Shown piece after piece: positions 55,509-64,000 of a stretch of DNA of 64,000 nucleotides. Source of the DNA: Hormiphora californensis. Taxonomy: Eukaryota; Animalia; Ctenophora. Position 1 is the first letter of the stretch. The number at the start of each line of letters is the position of its first letter. The stretch covers positions 3,534,001 to 3,598,000 of the forward strand of contig CM035354.1 of the NCBI GenBank assembly GCA_020137815.1, written 5' to 3'. Made by a program: the position numbers and the translations under genes. The notes beneath the pieces were generated by a model. The model searched no databases and was not told the origin of the DNA. It worked only from the letters and a program-made list of their open reading frames with translations.

Positions 55509-56875
55509 TTACAAACCTCTAAATATTTAACGGCTCCCCTTCTCCCTCTTCGTCTACTGGCAGCAGGCAAGGGCAATGGCATTCTAAAGTAGCTGGTGCA
55601 TGGAAACAATAAAAGTACCGATGTGAACACGGAGAGAGATGGAGAGATGGATATAGGGATAGAAAGATAGTGAGAGAGGGAGAGAGATATTAGATATAGA
55701 GAGGGAGAGAGAGAGAGAGAAAGGGAGATATAGAGATAGAGAGTGAGGGAGAGATTGAGAGAAAGAGAGAGGGGGATTAAAGGAAATGCAATGCTTTATT
55801 GTTTCATTGAAACTGCAGGGCAACTTAGGAGAGAGTCAGAGAGATTAAAAAGAAGAGAGAGATAGAGTCAGAGAGATTAAAAAGGAGAGAGGGATAGAGA
55901 GTTAGAGAGATTAAAGAAGAGAGAGAGAGGGATAGAGTCAGAGAGGCGAAAAGACAGTGGTTGATTGGGATTGTCCAGCAAATAATAAACTGAATTAAAA
56001 TGCCCATAATTCATAATCGACGATTATATTAGTTAAGATGCACATGCATAATATTATATTATTCATCGATTATGGTTAAAAATAAAACGATTGAGCAATA
56101 GGTATGTGGGTAAATAAAGCAAGGATTCGGAAAGATTGTGAATTTGAATCGAGAAATCATTTAGAACCAGTACACAACAAAATATTTAGGCTCGTTAACC
56201 GTCCACGGGCTCCAGTTAATTCAGGAGAATAGTAGTCACATCTTCAGACTGCAATCTCTGAAATATAGAGTAGTTATAGCATTTCAAGACAATCACACAA
56301 AAATCTGGATCCGGATAATATGGAGTTTACCACAAGCACTAAGAAAATCAACCGGATGAAACAGTTCATCAGTTCGATAAATGTTGATATATGGTCTAAA
56401 ACCGTCTCAAATTGCCAAAATTGCCCTCAAAAACCCAAAATGTTCCAGGGGATTCATCCCTTCACCCCCACCGGGGCTTGTAGCCCTTGGGCCCTGCTGT
56501 AACCCCTGACTCCGGTCACCCGGGACGACTCGCAACCGGATCTAGTAATTAGTATGGATAAAGCCAGAAATCAGGATGCCGGACATCCGTTCCCAAGTTA
56601 GAATAGCGATTCAAAAATTCAAAGGCCTCCATTGCATTCTCTAAGTGACACACAGGTGACTTTGTAACTTTATAACAGGGGCAACTTGCAGAGCAACTTG
56701 GAACACGTGACAGAGTTGGCAAACGTTTGTTTGTTTGTTTGTTTGTCACTAAACCATGGGATACGCTCAGCAAACCTCCATACCAACCCGGGTATGTGGT
56801 AACTATGGCGCTGAGTCCCTTTCTCTCCCCTGGGAGAGAAAGAGACTCATGGTTTAAATTTCTGGAACATTCGAG

Positions 56876-57038
56876 AGGATCTTGGTCCGTTAGGTAACGT
56901 TTTGCCTTTGAGGGGGTCTTGGTCGGGTAGGTAACATTTTGCCTTTGAGAGGGTCTTGGTCTTGAAAATAGGTAACGTTTTGCCTTTGAGAGGTTCTTGG
57001 TCGAGTAGGTAACGTTTTGCCTTTGAGAGGGTCTTGGT
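56876..57038. repeat. ~37-bp minisatellite, 4 copies
   Basis: TCTTGGTCGGGTAGGTAACGTTTTGCCTTTGAGAGGG-like units. Confidence 0.85.
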
Positions 57039-57502
57039 CTGGTTTGATGTTTATCGTATTTGTTGGTCTGTCTGGGGCACACTCTCAAGCTATGTCTTGT
57101 CTTACTCTTAATTATTGAATAGTCAATTACATTCACAATATCAACTGTACACAATAAATGAACAAACAATACGGACAGGTGAACTTACGACCTTGATGAA
57201 TGATTGGTACCGTGATGTTGTTGGTGATGAGATGAGAGGTGTAAACATTTCCAATGGTGACAACGAACGAAAACGATCAAACACAAACAATGGGTTGGGC
57301 AGATTGTAGCACCACTAGAGTGTAAAATGTTCTAGAAGACGATTCGGATGAGATAGATAATAACATTTGTTAGTTGTTACACGCGATAAGCGACTTAGTG
57401 CACCAAAACACAAGGATTGTCTCTGTAGTGTGGTGTTTTGCAATGTCCGCTATATTGGGAGAGGTGGGTGGGGGAGGGCGGGTGGGGGTGGGGCGGGGGG
57501 TA

Positions 57503-58153
57503 ATATTGGACAAAAATGTAGCTGTAATTTAGTAATGAGACCAGGCCAGGCCCGAGAGACAGTTCAGTGGTAACTGAGGGGTCATGTGTGATGGAAATGA
57601 GAACTAGAGGCAGATTTGAGTTGCATTTTATTGAGGAAAATAGCCCTTTTTAGTGTCTGAGACAAGCAAAAGTGAAACGAAATGCAATGTAACGAACGAG
57701 TAATGAATAGAATTCTGCTCTGTGACTTGTTAGTGCTCCTTTATCAAACACGCAATGGCAAAGTACAAAGTTTCCCAAATTTAATAATATGCGAAATTTC
57801 AAAGTTTTGGTCGATTTTGGCCAAAATTGCTGCCCTAAACTAACTATTGGACTGTGCGTTGCCGGGGAGACTGCTCGCTGGTGACTGAGAGATCATATGT
57901 TCTCGAATATTGGTATTTGAGGCGGATTTAAGTTGCATTTTAGTGTGGGGAAGAGCTCATATTGGACAAAAATGTAGCTGTAATTTAGTACTGAGACCAG
58001 GCCAGGCCCGAGAGACAGTTCAGTGGTAACTGGGGGGTCATGTGTGATGGAAATGAGAACTAGAGGCAGATTTGAGTTGCATTTTATTGAGGAAAATAGC
58101 CCTTTTTAGTGTCTGAGACAAGCAAAAGTGAAACGAAATGCAACGTAACGAAC
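57503..58153. repeat. 195-bp direct repeat pair (57503-57697 and 57959-58153)
   Basis: Near-identical copies 456 bp apart. Confidence 0.9.
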
Positions 58154-58159
58154 CCTTGG

Positions 58160-58400
58160 CAAACGTTGCTGGCAGCGCGGGATAAGGCAGCGCTTTTCAA
58201 GTGACAGAGAAGAAGCTGGGACGAGAAGAAGCGTTTTGCCTTTTCAACTTTTTCCGATTTTCAACTGCTGCACTGTTCGTACGCGCATTTCATGATTCTG
58301 TAATGCGGCGAATCGCGCGAAATTTTATTATTTACGTTGCATTCTAACGCGCGCCTTTTAATTTTAATTTCGGCGCACGTCCGCGTCGCGTATTTTTTAT
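58160..58400. promoter_or_regulatory. CpG-rich probable promoter of the WD40-ZPR1-GUF1 cluster
   Basis: Dense CGCG motifs upstream of the first ATG; nothing comparable between the downstream genes. Confidence 0.45.
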
Positions 58401-58520
58401 TTTCGTGTTCCTTTTTTTGAACCTTTTGGTGATCGTTAAAAAAGAACGCTTCAGCCTTCAGGAGACTCTGTGTACCTTGAAGATCTAGGGAAACAATTAA
58501 ACTGATTCACTAGAACATGA

Positions 58521-59738
58521 ATGAAAGGCCTCAGCATTGTAAAGCAGATATCAGTATGTTCAGACGGTGTGGAATTCGTTTCATTTTCTCCAAACTCTCA
58601 ACTTTTAGTGGGATGCGGTGAAACTGCTAAGCTTTATTCTTGTCAAGAGGTATGAAAATAGGTTGAATAATAAAAATAAGAGTAAAATTTAAAGGTTATT
58701 TACATTTCAGGAGTTAGTTGAAGTTGCCAGTTTTGAAGAGCACTTGGGTGGAGTAAAGCATGGCGAATTTTCCGCTGATGGATCATTGTTTGCTACTTGT
58801 TCTAGTGATAAAACTGCTATCGTTTATTCCCTACACTCCCAATCAGTGAGTTTCCTCAACCTTATTGGTCCTCTAGGTATAGCTTTATTGAGATTCTATA
58901 ATATCTGAAACACATCCGCAGGTTTCACGTCGACTGGAGCACCACAACTTTGGTGTGAGTTATGTGTTGTTTTCACCAGACAGCCAGATAGTCTGCACCT
59001 GCAGCTGGGACAATACAGCAGTACTGTGCCCTCTGTGGAGCGGTCAGGGAAATGTCACTCTATCAGGTCACAGGAACCCCATCACATGTGCAGACTTCAA
59101 TGGGAAGAATCAACTAGCGACCTCAAGTTGGGATAAAACAATTCGATTGTGGGATATTGAGAGGGGTGTGTCGTGTCCAATGACAGGTCATGGTGATGTG
59201 GTGTGGAGTGTGTCCTTTAACCCTACCTCCCCTCACATCCTGGCGTCAGTTAGTAGGGACCTAACTACAGCGATATGGGACACACGCATGGCGGGGAGGG
59301 TAGCTTGTTTGTCTGATGTTCCTGTTAATATGAATTGTGTGAGGTTCTCACCGGACGGAACTAAACTCGTATCAGGAGGAACTAACTCTACTCTGCTTCT
59401 CCGTGAGACATCAAACTTGGTAAGTAATACGTTGATGGTGAACAGACGGGTCTTTTATTGCAGCAGAACGCAAGTTGGTATACTTATTACATTTAGTTCA
59501 CATCATACAGATTCCTATCATTTTCTCTGAATTAACACTCTTCCCTCAGGGTCATGTAATGCGGCACACAAGTGGCCACAAGGGCCGTATCAGCAGTCTC
59601 TCCTTCACACCATGTTCTCGCTACATGGCATCCGCTGGTTCCGGAGGTTTCGTTAATGTCTGGGACACCTGCCAGCTCAATGATGACGTAGACAAACTGT
59701 CCAACTTGCTCAATTGTACGGCAGTCTTTGGAAAATAG
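58521..59738 (+). CDS. WD40-repeat protein; exons 58521-58649, 58711-58845, 58922-59419, 59550-59738
   Basis: About 7 WD repeats: FSADGSLFATCSSDKTA, GHRNPITCADF...SSWDKTIRLWD, GHGDVVWSVSF...IWD, GHKGRISSLSF...VWD. Confidence 0.9.
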
Positions 59739-59847
59739 CAGGAACCAACCGAATCAGGAAATACTGGTCCCTGATTGGCTGATACCCAGTCACGTGACCT
59801 AAATAACGATTTCTGATTGGTTGTTTACTTGTGTCGGTCGGTTCCTG
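59739..59847. mobile_element. hAT-type MITE, 109 bp, inserted at the WD40 stop codon
   Basis: CAGGAACCAACCGA...TCGGTCGGTTCCTG; TSD GAAAATAG at 59731-38 and 59848-55. Confidence 0.85.
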
Positions 59848-60097
59848 GAAAATAGATAGTTTTAGAAGAAGTGGTTTTGTTGCATGGGGTTGTTTTTTAT
59901 TTGCACGTGTATTTCGATATAGTATGAGGATGACGTTTTGTTTTATCGATGTTGTTATGTAATGTGTTCACTTTATACATACACTATTATATTCATATTA
60001 TATTGTGTGTTTCCTACCTGCCCTAATCAACTCTTTGCAGCGTCACTGTGATCAGCTCGTAATTCTAACTTTCTCTCGACCCCCAGTAGTTGCCGTC

Positions 60098-61428
60098 ATG
60101 CCGATGGAACCTCTGATAGTGGATCTGACTGCGGACAACCCAGTCATGGAAACCTCCTCCATCTGTATGGATTGTTTCAAGGAGGGATCAACTCGGCTCA
60201 TGCTCACTAAAATCCCATACTTCAAGGAGATTATCATCAGTAGCTTTCTCTGCGAGTACTGTCACAATTCTAACAACTCAGTTCAACCTGCCAGCGAGTT
60301 CTCCGATAAAGGTGTCTCATACACCCTCACAGTCAACAATGACAATGATCTAAACAGGCAGGTGATCAAGTCTGAGTTTGGGGTGATCACGATCCCCGAG
60401 CTGGATTTGGAGATCCCGCCCGAGTCCCAGAAGGGCTCCTCAAGCACCGTGGAGGGGTTTCTTACCAAGACACGAGATGGGATAAAGGAGAAACAAGAGG
60501 AACGGAGGGCAGTCGATCCAGCTCTAGCAGGACAGTTAGACCAGTTTCTAGTGAGATTAGAAGCAGTTATCCAGGTAACCAAACCATTCACATTCATCGT
60601 TAGAGACCCAACAGGGAACAGTTTTGTTGAGAACCCCTCAGCACCGGCCCCTGATCCTGATTTGAAGGTGGAATACTTTGTGAGGACAAAAGATGATGAA
60701 GACGAGTTAGGGATCACAGATATTAGAGAAGGAGCAGCTGAACAGGAGGCGGAGGAGGTGAGGGGTCCTGTGACGCAGAACGAACACACAGAGGTCATCA
60801 CATTTGAGGCGCTATGTAATGCATGTGGTAAGGAGGCACAATGCAATATGAAGGAGGTGTCAATCCCGTTCTTTAAGAATATCCTTACTGATGGCCAATG
60901 TGTGTGATCATTGTGGGTTTAGGGATAGTGAGGTAAAGAGTGCCGGAGGGATTAGCGAGAAGGGACAGAAGATCACCCTCGACCATGACTGAATCGGAGA
61001 TGGATCTCAATAGGGATATCCTCAAATCTGAGACGGCCAGGATAGAGATACCAGCCCTAGAGTTAGTGCTGACAAGTGGTGCGCTAGGAGGCCGGTTCAC
61101 AACAATTGAGGGACTGCTTGGACAGATGAAGGATCAGTTAGTTTCAATCAACCCATTCGCGTTTGGAGACAGCTCTAAGTCATCGGGAAAAGGAGGTGTT
61201 GGGAAGTTTGGAGCCGTCATCCAGGGGATAGATGAGGTCATCGAACAAGGTCGATTGGTTGATATTATCTTGGTAGACCCCGCTGGCAACAGCTACATAC
61301 AGAACGTCTATGCACCTGATGACGATCCTAACCTGGCAGTAGAGGATTTCGACAGGACGGATGAGGATGATGATGATCTGGGGATCAAGCACATGAAAAC
61401 GGAGGGATACGAGGAAGACAGTTCGTGA
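60098..61428 (+). CDS. ZPR1: Zinc finger protein ZPR1, intronless, with two apparent 1-nt insertions (~60884 and ~60980)
   Basis: SICMDC...TRLMLTKIPYFKEIIISSFLCEYC, DLNRQVIKSE, DPTGNSFVENP; second repeat CNAC...IPFFK-[MANVCDHCGFRDSEVKSAGG]-DLNRDILKSE...GGRFTTIEGLL...DPAGNSYIQN...DLGIKHMKTEGY. Confidence 0.93.
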
Positions 61429-61771
61429 CATGACGATATGAGTGTGTAGGAGCTAGTGAGTAGGAGAGTGAGAGAGATGAGAAAATCTAAAAAGCTGTGT
61501 GTGTTTTTAATGTAAAATGCTGGGTGATCCCGGATCCGGGGGTCCGGTGTTATAGCTATCATGGTGTCCGCTATCATTTGTTGTTATGACGGGTTTTTCC
61601 TTTAAGTTATTTGTTTTTGAAAGAAGTGTTTTATTTACAAAGACCCCTTCTTTTAGAACACCCTTTCCTGACTTCTCCTTAGAGAAACGCTCACTCCCCT
61701 ACCATTCCTGATTCCCCCTCACACATCCCTAGACTCCAACGCTAATCCATCTCCTTCTTCTGTAGACCCCA

Positions 61772-63658
61772 ATGCTACCCCGATGGAGGCGATACTCCAA
61801 GCGACCACTCCACACTCTCCTCTCTTCCTCCCGGTCCACCTCTTCAGACAGCAGCAGTTACAACCCAGATAGGATCAGAAACTTCTCAATAATAGCCCAT
61901 GTAGACCACGGAAAGAGCACACTAGCAGACCGGCTGATTGAGGTAGGAGGAGTCCGGATAACTGACGCCCCACAACAGTTAGACAGCCTACAAGTTGAGA
62001 GGGAGAGGGGGATCACAGTTAAAGCCCAGAATGCCACACTCAGACATGTACACGAGGGGAAGGAGTACCTTCTGAATCTAATTGACACACCGGGACATGC
62101 AGATTTCAATCACGAAGTAACAAGATCACTGCTGCTGAGTGATGGAGCTGTGTTGTTAGTAGATGCTTCTCAGGGTGTCCAAGCGCAGACAGTCAGTCAC
62201 TTTTATACCGCGTTTGAGAGGGAGTTGGTGGTACTCGGGGCACTAAATAAGATAGATATACCGCACGCTAACATACCAGCCTGTGAGATAGACATGGAGA
62301 GAATGTTTGATATCACAAATGTTACTCATCTCTCTGCTAAAACTGGTCAGGGGGTAGGGGAACTGATGACCCGGGTTATAACTGAAATACCCCCACCGAA
62401 AGTGGACACTGACGCAGAGTTTCAGGGTTATCTACACGACTGTACCTATGGCGGTGGAATGGCAATTCTGACGATATTCGTCCGATCCGGCTCCCTATCT
62501 CAAAGAGATACAATTGTGACAGTCGGGACAGATAAGCAGTTTCAAATTAGGGAGATGGGTGTATTTCTACCCTCTCGCTCCCCCACTCCCTACCTCCACT
62601 CTGGACAAATGGGTTATGTGAAAATTAGGGTTCGTAGTGCTGCAGAGATAATAATAGGTGATACGATATGTCTCCCCAACTGTACGGTAAAACCAACTGT
62701 CACATCCGTCCCACAACCTAAAAGTTCCGTATTCTCTGGAGTATTCCCGGATGAAGGAACTGACTTTGGATCTCTCAAACTCGCTCTAGATAAACTATCA
62801 CAATCTGATACCTCCCTCTCAGTCTCCCCCTCATCCCACCCCTCACTAGGCCGGGGTTGGACTCTTGGGTTCCTAGGGACGCTCCACAGGGAGGTATTCG
62901 CACAGAGGTTGCAGCAGGAGTTTGGGGAGAGTGTGATTCTAACTAAACCCACCATTGTATACCGTGCTATAATGTCGTCCCATCGGGGTGATGAGGAGGA
63001 GAAAAGGTCGTTTAACTCTCCTGACGACATGCCTGATAAGTGCTTTGTGGAGTGTTACCAGGAGCCGGTAGTGGATGCTTCAATTGTTACACCTAACCAA
63101 CATCTCGCTAAACTAATTTCACTTTGTCTATCGTGTAGAGGTAGGGAGCTGGAGTTAGCACAACTGAGTGATGATAGATCGCTTCTCAAGTACAGAATCC
63201 CTCTCGTCGAGACCGTGTCTGACTTCTCGTCCCATATCAAGAGACTGTCCAGTGGGTATGCTAGTTGTGATTTTGAGGATGCTGGCTATTGGGATTCGGA
63301 CCTTGTCAAGATGGATGTGTTAATTAATAAGGAGGTTGTACCTGGACTTTCTGTTATACTCAGGGAGGAACAGGTGAGATGTTACCATGCAGGTTACCAT
63401 GGTTACCATGCAGGTTACCATGCAGTATTTGTTGATATAGAATAGTCTTACTTTTTATAGCAGTTGGGCGTTTATTTACCCGCTATGGTTTGTATCCCTT
63501 ATTAATCACTCATCACCCACTTTGCACTTCCCCAGGTTAGGGAAGAGGCACTGAGGACGGTGGGTGAGATAGCGGCCATGATTTCTCAAGAAATGTTCAA
63601 GATCGTTATACAGTGTGCAGTTGGTGGGAAAATTATAGGACGCAAAGAAATAAAACCG
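61772..63658 (+). CDS. GUF1: Mitochondrial translation factor GUF1 (LepA/EF4); exons 61772-63373 and 63536-63658; continues beyond the window
   Basis: Arg/Ser-rich transit peptide; [76 protein letters not shown]. Confidence 0.95.
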
Positions 63659-63716
63659 GTATGAACCACTTTTTATTCCCCCTAGATTTCTCTCTTTCTC
63701 TCTCTCTTCTTCTCTC

Positions 63717-63799
<83 letters not shown>

Positions 63800-64000
63800 T
63801 TTTTATAAAAAGTCTTTGCGGGGTAGCAGACATATAAACGTTATAGTTTGCACTCTCTCTCTCGGGCGGGGCAGATTCTTTTGCGTAAGAACTGTCACCA
63901 TATAACCACTGCTGCTGCTGCTGCTGTCAGTTATAACCACTTCCCTGCTACAGACACGCCCCAATATATAATCAAGATAGTGACCCACCATACCCATCAA

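Noticed and set aside
61772-63445. Bacterial lepA by horizontal transfer or contamination
   Set aside because: Transit peptide and spliceosomal introns identify it as nuclear GUF1.

Overview
Eukaryotic, intron-rich animal DNA with dense (GA)n microsatellites and one 100-N scaffold gap. It is most likely from a ctenophore; this is an inference from the LRR-less LDLa-GPCR, the nested intronic genes, an SL-like 46-mer and unpaired splice acceptors. Left to right: (1) A stack of nested retroelements at 1-8.3 kb. A CRE-clade non-LTR element is split by a TTAA-flanked foldback MITE and by a full-length L2/CR1-group LINE. That LINE has a spliced-leader-like 5' end and an A_AAA_AAC -1 frameshift site joining ORF1 to ORF2. 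(2) SLY1/SCFD1, with an antisense, disrupted LDLa-GPCR nested in its 7.7-kb intron. (3) A Shaker-family Kv channel with an atypical S4 and S6 and repeated N-terminal peptides. (4) A long anoctamin gene whose 12-kb intron holds an antisense gene joining a cubilin-like coiled-coil/EGF region to an ALK/LTK glycine-rich domain. (5) About 12 kb with no credible genes. (6) A compact co-oriented WD40-ZPR1-GUF1 cluster that looks like a trans-spliced operon. Many MITEs are present, including an unassigned CTGTC...GACAG family with 8-bp target duplications whose smallest members are only 23 bp. Exon boundaries were read by eye from GT/AG sites and protein-family motifs.
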